The notes under the pieces: generated by a model
Seen by the model: the letters and a program-made list of their open reading frames with translations, nothing else
The model's database searches: none
What the model was told of the DNA's origin: nothing
Position numbers and translations under genes: made by a program
Shown here: in pieces, positions 1 through 12,039 of the stretch
Layout: the number at the start of each line of letters is the position of its first letter
Position numbering within the stretch: the stretch's first letter is position 1
Origin: Octopus vulgaris
Taxonomy: Eukaryota
Direction of reading: 5' to 3'
DNA: 64,000 nt
NCBI GenBank assembly: GCA_951406725.2
Contig: OX597817.1
Span: 100,812,001 to 100,876,000 of the forward strand

Positions 1-64
1 GATGCTCCCCCACTACTTCTGCTCGTGATCAGAGATGCAGATATCGTCAGCCACTAAGGGACAT
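1..64 (-). repeat. Fragment of the non-coding dispersed repeat also found at 14430-14947
   Basis: gatgctcccccactact...gatcagagatgca...cagccactaa aligns to 14757-14818; abuts (ATT)n at 65-150. Confidence 0.6.
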
Positions 65-91
65 ATTATTATTATTATTATTATTTTATTA

Positions 92-150
<59 letters not shown>

Positions 151-169
151 GTAAGGCGGTGAGCTGGAG

Positions 170-346
170 ATTACATCGACTCCAGTGCTCATCTGGTGCA
201 TATTCTATCGACTAGGAAATGAGGAAAGATAAAGTCTATCTCATCGAAATTTGAACTCAGAGAAATTTGAACTCAAGGTAAAGACCCGGATATAAATGCC
301 GTTCAGCAATATGTCCAGTATGCTAACAATTCTGCAAGCGCCGCCT

Positions 347-347
<1 letters not shown>
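170..347 (-). mobile_element. Degraded tRNA-derived SINE (family A)
   Basis: Reverse complement resembles 2997-3230 (head aaggcggcg, B-box-like gagttcaaat); followed by (ACT)n 347-428. Confidence 0.6.
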
Positions 348-428
<81 letters not shown>

Positions 429-429
429 G

Positions 430-1340
430 TTAAAATGTCTCGAATTTAATAGTTTTACATTTTCTGAATTATTTAGTCTTTCATTTAATAGTCGCAAAAT
501 AGTTCGCATTTCGTTTTCTAAACCTTCAGGTATTACAAATTCTCCCATGGCTGTGTCACTGGCATGTGCTTTCATTAAATATTCAGTATTGCTAATTCCA
601 TCGTCATTATTTATATTGACTCTATTTTCCACTTTTAAGCAAACATGATTGCTGTTCACACAGTTTAAGCTGTTTTCATTTAACTCTTCAATTTATACAA
701 TCACTTCATCGATCCTTTCCTCGAGATCGATCCAGTTTTCAATGTTTCTTTTCGAGTATAATTTCTATTTCAACTAATATTAACCAAGCTCTTCTTTGGA
801 TCATGTACTTTGTTTATTAACTTATTTTCCATTAATTCAAGTTTACTTTTTGTTTTTAAAGTTTTGACAGTATGTTTCCACCGACATCGCTACCTTTCCT
901 TCTTCTTAGGTCTCAAGACATTCGATCAATTCTCTTGTATAGTGCTCTTGCTTCGTCTGGGCTTATCCTAAGTCCTACGAAGCATTGCTGGATGACGATC
1001 GAGTACTGTTTGCTTCAGAATGAGGTTTCATTTCTGTTTACGTGGTTAATGCTGTCTGGTTTATTTTTAAACTCCATATGTAATTGGAATTAATACAGTG
1101 ATAAGTGACGCAGCCACTAATGCTTTTCTTAACGAAACACCATCACCAAAATGTGTGCCGACCAGACGTGAACTAGCCTTCCTCTTTGTGTGGCAGACTT
1201 AACCTTGGCAGACGCCAACTTGGTATCTTATGGAATCGGGGTATGTTTTAATATGACACTAACACCAAACATTTTATCGATACACCGTCTCTAGAGGAGT
1301 TGTCAAGTAAGCAACTCCGAACTTCATTGCTTCGGGGTAA
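430..1340 (-). mobile_element. Degraded 5' portion of a Dong/R4-type non-LTR retrotransposon
   Basis: Minus-strand translations (QQCFVGLRISPDEARALYKRIDRM; QRRAWL; ORF 303..659) resemble the N-terminal region of Dong/R4 ORFs; many stops/frameshifts. Confidence 0.45.
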
Positions 1341-1522
1341 TTGTTAATATTATTCGTATTTTCACCATTATTATTACCGATTTACAACCACCCATAAGAC
1401 CTGGAAAGCGCATACATCAAAAAATATACATATACATACTTATATTTACGTATATGCATATACACATATATTGATGTACATTATATACACATACATCCAC
1501 ATACACATAATGCATATATGAA

Positions 1523-1581
<59 letters not shown>

Positions 1582-2043
1582 TTATATATGTATACATATA
1601 TGTATATATATATATATAGTGTAAAAAATAAAATATATGCATACATACATATATGTACGTACCTACATCTACATGTATATATACATGCATATATAAATAT
1701 ATATACGTGAGTACAAGACACCACAATTAGGCGTAGAACTCAACGAGAAACGAAAACGAAAAAACAAGCATGGAACGGACCTTTTTTTTTAACAACAAAA
1801 AAACTGTGTACAAGACAAACTACACAAGGAAAAATCCCCTTCATCAGCTGTCCCTAGTTCAACTCCGTCGATTCGATTCGATTCGATTCGTTTCCTTTCG
1901 TTTCGTTTCTCCTTCTCCAAGTACAGTTTTTATATATAATTATGACGCGAAACTCTATTACTCTTTGCTTGACCTTCCCTTTCTCTCTCTCTCTCTCGCC
2001 GCTTGTCTTCCTCTATCTCTCTCTCACTCCTCCTCATCTCTCT

Positions 2044-2113
<70 letters not shown>

Positions 2114-2340
2114 TATATATATACGTATATATGAGTGTGTGTATGTGTGTCTGTGTGTGTATACTCTTCATAATTAATTTGGTTCTTCTAAGATATTCTC
2201 GCTAAAAGATTTCCTTCATCTCACTCTCCTTGATTTTGTTTTAGTCCAAAATACCTAGTTACTTATATCCATTCATCTCAACATCCTTGATTTTCTCGCC
2301 GTTGTGTAGCCCTACACCATTAGACAACACTATTTTGCCT

Positions 2341-2631
<291 letters not shown>

Positions 2632-2694
2632 TGTATTTCTCCGTCCGTTGCTTTCATGGTGAGAAAAAGAAATAATAATAATATTAATAATAAT

Positions 2695-2899
2695 GGTTTC
2701 AAATTTTGGCACAAGGACAGCAAAGTCGGGGAAGCGGGTAAGTCGTTTACATCGACTCGGGTGCTTGAATGGTACTTATTTTATTGACTCCGAAAGGACA
2801 AAAGGCAAAGTCGACCTCGGAGGAGCTTGAACTCAGGACGTAAAGACGGACGAAAGCATTTTCCTGGCGTATTAATGATTTTGCCAGTTTGCCACCTTA
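2695..2899 (-). mobile_element. tRNA-derived SINE family A (duplicate ~15126-15330)
   Basis: Reverse complement shows head taaggtggcaaactggca, B-box-like gagttcaag, core gtcgactttgccttt. Confidence 0.75.
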
Positions 2900-2996
2900 C
2901 AACAACAGCAACAACAACAACAACGACAATGACCACGACGATGATGATTACGAGGATGGTGATAGTGACAACAACAACAACAACATTAACAGTAAT

Positions 2997-3420
2997 AAGG
3001 CGGCGAGCTGGCAGAAACGTTAGCACGCCGGGCGAAGTGCTTAACAATATTTCGTCTGCCGTTACTTTCTGAGTTCAAATTCCGCCGAGGTCGACTTTGC
3101 CTTTCATCCTTTCGGGGTCGATTAAATAAGTACCAGTTACGTACTGGGGTCGATATAATCGACTTAATCCGTTTGTCTGTCCTTGTTTGTCTTCTCTGTG
3201 TTTAGCCCCTTGCGGGTAGTAAAGAAATAATTGTTTCGTCTGCCATTACGTTCTGAGTTCAAATTCCGCCGAGGTCGACTTTGCCTTTCATCCTTTCTGG
3301 GTCAATTAAATAAGTACCAGTTACGCATGGGGTCGATATAATCGACTTAATCCTTATGTCTGTCCTTGTTTGTCCCCTCTATGTTTAGCCCATTGTGGGC
3401 AATAAAAAATAAGAAATAAG
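2997..3420 (+). mobile_element. tRNA-derived SINE family A plus a tandem headless second copy (duplicate ~15428-15851)
   Basis: Head aaggcggcgagctggcagaa, B-box gagttcaaattcc, core gcctttcatcctttcggggtcgattaaataagtacc; body repeated at 3233-3420. Confidence 0.85.
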
Positions 3421-3429
3421 AATAATTAT

Positions 3430-6110
3430 CTTTGAGTCTCTTGTTTCTATTTTGTATCATCGAGTTCAAACTATTGTCCTGAGGCTAGACAAGGAAGACG
3501 TCGTACTTCGAGGATTGCACCCTCCCGCGTACTTATGCTCTTCCTAAGCAGGTTGATATTTTTAGTTCTTGTTGGGTGATATTTCCTGGGATTCTGTTTG
3601 AGAAATTTCCCACTCCCTTTTTAATCAACCCAAGTCATTCGATCTCTGCTGTTATGGATGACTGGTCATGTCCCACCTTCTTCAGATCTCATTCTCGATG
3701 TTATATATAGTCAGTCTTTCTATGAACTTAACCGCGATGTTACACTTTTCTGGTATCGTTATATCAATCACCATGTGGGTTTTATGTTTGAAATTATTCA
3801 TTGTGAAGTTATTATTCATTTGTTCATTTGTTTTCGTTGATTTTCCAATCTTTCTGCACCGCTGTGTCCCATAGGATGATAACTTTATCATTCTAGGCAA
3901 CTGTTTACGTTTATGATGATAAAAGTTTTCAGAGATTTTGATGTTGTGTTTCCCGTAGCTTTTCCAGTACAGTTATAGTAATATTTTGTAGCGATAAATA
4001 TGTTCATTTTATTTTTTAGTTTGTGCTAATTTAAAAACATTCGGTTCTTGGGAGAATATTTTTGTCTCTTTCATGACTGAATAGATCTTGTTACTGTTTT
4101 CATCATGCTTGACAATTTCCAAAAGTGGTGGTGAGACGGGTCTTCTGATGTTGAGAGGTAGGTGGTGGTTTTGTAGTTTAGTTTGAGTTACACAAAACCT
4201 CTACTTATCTCTGCTTTTCATAAGTAAGATCTGTCAACATCTGCCTTTGTATGGTACATTTTGGCTTGGTCAGCATTTTCCTTGTTTTGGTATCAACCAT
4301 AACAAGTGTATCGATGCATTTAGTTCAGTCTTTAGTATTATTCTTATTCCCCTCTAATACTCTTTTCGTATTCTCTCTTTCGCAGCAGAGTATTGCATAT
4401 CATCTTCATTAACTTTTAGGTATTCATGTGTGCTTTCTTAACTAAGTTCCTTGATTTCGGTGGCATTTCAGTAACTTGCTTGAATGTAAATTTAGCATAT
4501 CTTATCTGAACTTCACTTTAAAATCATCACGGAAGCTCTTCATAATTGTTAATAGGCCAACTTGTTATCATTCCAGGTCGTCCATATGAAACAAATTGCT
4601 GTTTCAATTTGCTGTTTTCCGTTTCATACTTGCCGGAAATGTTATTGAGTGAAGTGCTGAGTGGTGTTCACGCATCCCTAAAAAAAATTCTGCTGATGCC
4701 GGTGGATTTTAAAGTTGATGATCCTAGCTTGTGTTGTTTACCAAATGTTCACCCTCTCTTTTTTGAAAATGGTGGTTATAGGTCAAATTTTACAAATTTC
4801 AACGACCTTCACTATTTTAGGCATTTCTTTTGTAGTCAACTCAGGCTGCTGGTAAGTTTCTTTCTTGATTTGGTTATGAAGATGCATTTATTTATCTATG
4901 CAACTGGTTTATTTATTTATGCAACTGGTTATGAAGATGCATTTATTTATTTATTTATGCAACTGGTTTTTGCACCTATAACTTCCACTTCTATATTTCT
5001 CAACTACTGGTAGGAAGTTATTGATGATTAAAAGGGTGTATATCATCTCGGTGATAAGATCTGGTAAGATAAATCTTGGGCTAGCCTGCTTGGATTATCA
5101 TCTGAATCTTTTACGGCATGGTTGGACGCATTGGTTCCGTCTTAGTTGGTGCTGAAAAGATATTTTGTCCAGAAATCCGCCGACCCATCAAGTTCAGGTA
5201 ACTTCTGGATACTAGTGTTTTTTATGGCACTTGTGGTTTCAGTCATATGAGCATCCATAGTTAGCTATGCTCTCTTTTGACCCCCTCTGTTTTTGTATTC
5301 AAGATATTTCCATTTTGTAGTTCTTGTCACTTTACACAATTTTGCTCCAGAAATTTCAACTACAATTTTGTTCGTTGATTTCTATTTTCTTTTTTCCGCC
5401 ATATATTTGTATATTCTCTGAAGGTTTTATTCTATCTAAAGAAGTCACTTCTTTTCTCATATCTCATCAATCTGTGTGTTGTTGCTTGGATCTTTTATAT
5501 GAGTATTTCTATTACTGATAATCTATCAGTCGACTATCTGATGTTGAGTCATCTCTCTAGTTGTTCTCTCTCTGTATTTTTGATATTTTTCCATTCTTCT
5601 ATTTCACTCAAGAAAGATGAGTCTTCACGTAGTCTTTTCATCTATTTCTCTATCTTAGCCTTTCATTTTGGTTGTTTTCTTTTTCTTTGTGACTTTTTCC
5701 TGGATATTTCACTCATTGTTAGCATATATCAATTATCTGATTTCTGTTAAATTGATTGATTTCCGTTGATATCTCTTCATTATGACATTGACTTTGTGTA
5801 AAGCCAAGTTTGATAGTTTTCTTGGCCTGTCTCTTGTTTCTTGATTTTAAGCGATAAAGATCGTTGGTTTGAGGAATTTCTTTGACCGCTTTCTGCTTCT
5901 CGATGTTTTTACATGTATGTTAGTGTTTCTTCATCCTACTCTTTGCCTTGTTGATGTGCTGTCCCAGACACTTGGATTGGGAATGATTCTATAGGAACTT
6001 CGTCTTGTTTCTATTATCTCAAGGTTTTGGTCTGATCGTTAAAGGGCTATTTTTAGACTGTGTGTAACATTGTAGTTCTTGGTATATCGTTTATATTTTC
6101 AAATTGTATC
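3430..6110 (-). mobile_element. Old, heavily degraded Dong/R4 LINE (duplicate ~15861-18540)
   Basis: Minus-strand remnants ILKTELNA (~4320-4340), MYHTKADVDR (~4230-4260), RLE-end-like region ~3500-3880, N-terminal-like YQELQCYTQS (~6055-6085). Confidence 0.6.
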
Positions 6111-6120
6111 GGCTTATTTT

Positions 6121-6227
6121 GTATTGCTTCGGCAATGCATATACTAAAATTGGAAAGATACAGAGAAGAATAGCATGGCCCCTGCACGAGGATGACACCG
6201 CAAATTTGCGAAGCGTTCCATATTTTT
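6121..6227 (+). ncRNA. U6: U6 snRNA copy (full length, probably pseudogene)
   Basis: 5' UUCG hairpin, ATATACTAAAATTGGAA, ACAGAGA box, AGC triad, TGGCCCCTG..GGATGAC, GAAGCGTTCCATATTTTT; 107 nt; several substitutions and a 1-nt insertion versus canonical U6. Confidence 0.92.
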
Positions 6228-6228
6228 C

Positions 6229-6450
6229 TAAGGTGGTGAGCTGGTAGAATCACCAGCACGCGGAAACTAAAATGCTTGGTGGCATTTCTTCCGTTTTTAC
6301 GCTATGGGTTCAAACACCGCTGAGGTCGACTTCGCCTTTTGTCCTTTCGGGGTCGATAAAATAAATACCAACTGAGTATTGGGATCGACATAATCGACTT
6401 CCAATTGCTCTCAAAATTTCTGGTTCGTTAATTGAAAGACGCATAGAAGT
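6229..6450 (+). mobile_element. SINE family A directly downstream of U6 (duplicate ~18659-18880)
   Basis: Head taaggtggtgagctggtagaa, B-box-like gggttcaaac, core gtcgacttcgcctttt...ggggtcgataaaataaatacc. Confidence 0.8.
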
Positions 6451-6519
6451 AATTAGGTGTAATAAGGAGGTTTAAGGCTAACAAGTAAGTTAAGGTTAAC
6501 TGAAATCTTCGAGGTTACT

Positions 6520-7137
6520 AAATGCTCTGTGAGAAAATATGGAAAAATGTTAACATATCTTAGCATAACTTGTCTTTAATGAAAATAGCTATGTCTATTC
6601 TCATAGTGATTAACAATGTTCTTACCGAAATGGTTATATATACGTCGTATATACGTTGTATATATAACCTTTCTATGTCAGATTTTGGGTGGTGCATCCT
6701 AAATCCTGTCATTATATTTCTTGTTTTTCTGTCTATTTTTATTAGTTCATTTAATGTCCAGTTAAAGATATTGTAGCTGTAATTTTGTAGTGCTTGTACA
6801 CAGAGCTAAATGTGAAAAATAAGATAATAGGTATCAACACTCTAGCCGTTCCAGTTAACATATGTTAACTGGGACGGCTACAAAATTACAGCTACAATAT
6901 CTTTAACTGGACACTAAATGAACTAATCAAGATAGACAGGAAAACAAGAATTATAATGACAGTATTTAGGATGCACTACCCAAAATCTGACATAGAAAGG
7001 TTATATATGCAACGTATATATAACCATTTCGGTAAGAACATTGTTAATTACTATGAGAATAGACATAGCTATTTTCATTAAAAGCAAGTTATGCTAAGAT
7101 ACGTAAACAATTTTCCATATTTTCTCACAGAGCATTT
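6520..7137. repeat. Long inverted repeat/foldback, arms ~6520-6790 and ~6878-7137, partly Dong/R4 coding sequence
   Basis: Arms align as reverse complements (~14 substitutions and one 11-bp indel by manual count); inner part matches 28697-28826. Confidence 0.93.
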
Positions 7138-7368
7138 GAGCTCTGTTTTCAGTATTAATATAACTCGTCTATAGTATTCTTTTTTATTTTCTCTTTCATT
7201 TGTGTGTGTTGTATCGTATCTAGTTGATTGATTCCTAAGTATTTGTATGTCTGGCTTTGATCTAATTCTCGCATTCCGTTTGCTTATCTACTGTGATGTT
7301 GCTTCTGTTAATTAGTTTTCCTCTTTTCAATGTTGCTGTGGCACATTTTTCTAGGCCAAATTTCATGC
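7132..7368 (-). mobile_element. Dong/R4 fragment of the 27452-31145 family (duplicate ~19562-19798)
   Basis: MKFGLEKCATATLKRGKL...YKYLGI; aligns to ~28877-29112; followed by (ATT)n 7369-7537. Confidence 0.85.
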
Positions 7369-7445
<77 letters not shown>

Positions 7446-7465
7446 GTTATTATTATTATTATTAA

Positions 7466-7534
<69 letters not shown>

Positions 7535-7537
7535 CAT

Positions 7538-10500
7538 TTAATTTTAATTTGCATGTTTGTTACAATCACTCACCGAGACACACCCAGCGTCCTAGGGCGA
7601 GTGAATGATAAGAGATGTTAGAATATGATTGAAAGCTTGGGGAGGGCGAGTGGCAGGAGCAGTAGCAAAATATCTTCATGTAACACAATACGGACGTTTA
7701 AATTGATAAGGCTTTTCTAAGGATGCGGGCAGTACTTGTCAGCACAATCTTTTGGATTTTCCTGAGACATCCTTAGGATGTTATCTAGATGTTTCTGACA
7801 ACCTTTTTTTATCATACATAGGGCACCCATAATAACAGGAACAGTTTTCACTTTTAGATGCCACATCTTTTGTATTTTAATTTCCTAGTCCTTATATTTT
7901 ATTAATTTATCAAATTCTTTTATATATATATTTTTTTATCAGTGGGAACACTTACATCCATTTGTCTACAAGCATTTTTTTCACCGTCTTTACTGACTAT
8001 GTCTGGTCGATTACCCTGGATCGTTCTGTCGGTGTTGACTGGAAAATCCCAGAGGATAGTGTCATTTTTATCTTCAACAAATGGCTCAAGATGATGTTCA
8101 TTACCAGTAAGCAGGAATGTTGATTTTGTACTGTTTACATATCTTACAATGTAAATACTGTCCTACCCTATCATGGCGATTTTTGTATTCGTTTGGTGTC
8201 ATCATAAGGCATCCAGAGACGAGATGGTCTATTGTTTCACCAAATGTGTCGCAGAATCTGCATTTAGAGTCAGAACCGTTTTGAAGAACGTTAGCCTAGT
8301 AGTTTTTGATAAGCAAACTTTGATCTTGTGTCGCAATTATGAAACCCTCAGTCTCTGCTTTCACTCTTGAACTTCTCAACAACTGATGAGTTGCTACTTG
8401 GTCTACATCAGTATTTCGGCTTCGAAGTATATACTGTCCAATCAGAGGCTTCTGGCTCCACCCTCGTCAATTTGTTTCTGCCTGTTATGTTTTGCAATCT
8501 GCTTGATCCACTTTGCTCGTTTGGTAGCAGTGGTTTCAGGTTCTTCTAATTCAGGGTGAATGCTAAGTTCCTTTGCGATTTTGCAAGCTTCCTTGACAAT
8601 AGAACGTGATTTTTTGCTGCTTTCATGTTTGCACACAAGCCTCAGCATCCAATCCTCTGTACTAGATAAGTACCTGTTCATTGCTTTTGTGGATGTCTTA
8701 TAGCTCAATTCTACTTGCATCATTCCTCTCCCACCCTTACTTCCAGGTAGGTACAAACGATCAACGTCTGCTTTGGCTGATGCATGTTCTTAAATGTTAG
8801 TAGTTTTCTTGTCTTCCCGTCCAGGAGTTAGAGCGCTGTAGGTTAAAACTATATTGAATTACTGGAAGTGCCAGTGTGTTAATGGTTCTGACGTGATTTT
8901 TGGAGTTGAGTTCAGTTTTTAGTATGTGTCTTATTCTGTAGTACTCTTTTCATATTTTTTCTTTCATGGTATTGTGTTGTATACCGTCTCATTCCTTTAT
9001 CCCTAAGTATTTATAACTTTCTTGTGAACCAAGTTCCTTGATAGTAGCATTGGTATCTAATTTAATGAAAGCTATTTGTCTGAGCTTGTCTCTTACAAAA
9101 GTTGCTTTAGAACACTTATCGAGGCCAAAACTCATCCCGATGTCATTGCTAAACTCTTTAACAGTTATTAGCAGCCCTACTAGCTCTTCGTTATTTCTGG
9201 CAAACAACTCCGAATCGTCCATATAAAACAGATGGTTTATTGTAGTATTATAAACATTGTGCCCATACCTGGTGATAGTCAGTTCGTTTGAGAGTGGGAT
9301 TAGTGCCATGTAAAAGAGTAATGGAAAGAGGGGGACATCTTGAAAGGTGCCACGTTTGATGTTGATGTTGCTGGATTGGCTCATCCCCTTACTATGGTTT
9401 AGAAGGAGACGTGTGTTCCACTTGACCATGATACCTTGTAAGAATGTGGAGTCTACAGGAAAGATCTTATATATCTCAAGGGCCTTGAATAGCCAATTAT
9501 GTGAGACATTAGCAAACGCTTTCCTGTAGTCTATCCATGCCATACTCAGGTTCTTCTTTTTCCTCCGGAAATTCTCTACAATCACATTTTATTTATGAGT
9601 AATTGATCTTTGCAACCATAAGAATTTCCTTTACCTCTTTCAGCTTGTTGAACAATAGACTTCTGTTCAAGGAAAGCGTATATTCTTTCAGTTAGTATTG
9701 ATGTGAGGATCTTGTAGGTGGTATTGAGACATGTTATTGGTGGGTAGTCTGGATATTTTGTGTCTTCAGATTTTGGTAGAAGGTATGTTGTTCCTTCAAT
9801 CAGACAGGCAGGTATTTGCTCTGGGTTCTGGATGACATGAGTTAGAGATGCAGCGGAATTTTGGTGTAATTCTATCAAACAATCCAGCCAGAAATTAGGA
9901 ATCCGGTCCAGTCTCATTTGTGAGACATTCTAAGAACCCGTCTTAGATCTTCTATTCCTATTGCCTCCCATTTCTGATCTTCAACTTCATCCAGTTTCAC
10001 TTTCTCACGATCTATCCAGTCAGCTTCAGCATTATGTTATTTTTTGTTGCTCCATATCTTCCTCCAGAACTCTTTCAATTCCTCAGTCTTAGGTGGCTCC
10101 TTTACTCCTATTTTACTTTTGCCAATTTCCCTATAGAATTTCTTTGCATCCTTCTTGAATACCTTGTTTTGTCGATAAAATTTGATTTTTTTAATCTTAC
10201 CTTCTGTGCCGTTGGGCTTTCAGCTGTATTCGCTGTTTCAATAGTTCCTTTGTTGCAGGGCGCTTTATAAAGTCTTTGATTTCATATTTTTGCTTGATTC
10301 TTTCTAGCTTAATCATGCCAGTAAACTCAGTCTTGCTGAGTTGTATCATAATATCTTCTTTTGCTTCTATGATCTCTTTATTATTCACCTCAAATTCTGT
10401 CATATCGATTTTGGTGTTCAGGGTTGACTTTTTAACATGACACCGCTTTCTTGTTCTTCGAATGTTTGTCATAACGTAGGCTGATAGATCAGAAATCGCC

Positions 10501-11035
10501 TCTATTTTATTTTGTGGGTAGCTATGTTTCCGGGCATAACTGATTAGTGATGTTTAAAACTGAATGACTAATTTGCTCATTTTTATATTCGTTTGTGGAA
10601 AGTAGCTTGTTTTTGCTTGGTTTTGCGCCGCTCGTGGCAAATGTTTATTTTGTGTGTATAAGTGTACGTGTGTGTCGTATAGGCATCATTTATGTTGCTT
10701 ATAAATATTAAAATGTGCACATGTATGCATGAACAGTTGCATGTATAGGTAGTTATTCAATTTACGTACTTATGGTGTAATTGATGTGTTTTTTCAGGGT
10801 TCCTGTGGTGGTTTCGACTTGCGTATGTCACATTGAGATATCGCGCATTTAAGAAAGAAACTACACTTTATATAACTCTCCAACTTTTTAGTTCCTTTGC
10901 TTTCACAGAACTTTTAAAACAGTTTTATTGCGAAGTTTTCTTTCCATTGCACTGATATTATTGAATTAAGTTTGTCTTGTGGAGAGAGCTTCTTAGTGTA
11001 CGCCCATGTTGTTATGTAGCCTGGTGCTCCCTTCC
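7538..11035 (-). mobile_element. Dong/R4 non-LTR retrotransposon, near full length, frameshifted
   Basis: RT motifs WIDYRKAF, GTFQDVPLFPLLF, HLFYMDD, FGLDKC, YKYLGI; LYLP..KGGRG; RLE end TARILRKALSI; (ATT)n on both sides. Confidence 0.9.
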
Positions 11036-11065
11036 TTATTATTATTATCATCATCATCATCATCA

Positions 11066-11169
<104 letters not shown>

Positions 11170-11174
11170 TTAAT

Positions 11175-11662
11175 TATATGTTTGTCTGTTGTATTTGTAC
11201 AAGTTAACTCCAAGTCTCACTCAGAAACCTCAAGAGACAACAAGTTCAAGTCGGTGTTATGACTAGGGTACCATATTGTTATGACTAGGGTTTGGCACAG
11301 AATTTTGTTCTAGAGTGGTCTGTCAAACCAAGAAAATTAAAAGTTTCTTTTAAAAGTAATTTGATGATAAGATGATAGTGTGATCTTAAGATGACATGTA
11401 CATTTAAGAGAGTACTTTTGATAATGTTCACATATTAAAATGGTTTGGGAACTACACAAACAATATTTCTTTTATAATATGAGTAGTTCCCATGAGCACT
11501 AGTTTTTGAATTTCTTCCATTTTTGGATTTTCTGGTATTTGAGATATGGAACAATCAGCCACTTTTGCTATCATTCCTAGAGTACCTATGACAACAGGTA
11601 GTGTTCTAGTTTTCAGGTTCCACATTTTACCAATTTCTGCTTCAAGATCTTTATATTTATAT
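11175..11662 (-). mobile_element. 3' end of another Dong/R4 subfamily (duplicate ~23596-24083)
   Basis: KYKDLEAEIGKMWNLKTRTLPVVIGTLGMI...EEIQKLVLMGT plus 3' UTR ending at (ATT)n 11038-11170. Confidence 0.8.
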
Positions 11663-11675
11663 TAGTATTATTATT

Positions 11676-12036
11676 GAATGAGAGAGCAGTGCATGCCATC
11701 AAAGTGACACTGGGGTGCAAATAGACGAAGCCCAATATACCCATTATGAATACCCATCTAATAAGGGTGCAACATATGTGCACCATATATATGCATCACA
11801 ACCATATGCGCACGATATTGTGATCTTGGATCAAGATAAGCAGCACATGACCTTGCAGGTGAGGCCCAGTTAAGAATTTCTTCAGGTTGAGTAGTCCATC
11901 CCACTCAAAAGGTCCCTGAATATGGGTTGTTTAAAGATGATGAACGACACACCCATGTTTCCAGAGGTGAATTATTCAAACTCATAGAATTCCTTTCAAC
12001 ACATGGCTATGATGATCTCCCCTCTACGTCTGCTCC
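11676..12036 (-). repeat. Partial copy of the non-coding dispersed repeat (duplicate ~24097-24457)
   Basis: gagagagcagtgcatgccatcaaagtgacac... aligns to 14430-14780; starts next to attatt. Confidence 0.75.
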
Positions 12037-12039
12037 CTT

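Noticed and set aside
1705-1870. CTGATGA on the minus strand (~1841-1847) as a hammerhead
   Set aside because: No downstream stem II + GAAA; at most a truncated repeat fragment
6056-6100. PSE/TATA promoter for the U6 copy
   Set aside because: TTTATAT is at -31, but the flank translates as old Dong N-terminal sequence and the PSE resemblance is weak; not called as a feature
10795-10845. GAC..GTC-GAAAC hammerhead-like motif near the 5' end of the Dong element
   Set aside because: No CUGANGA core and no convincing stems I/III
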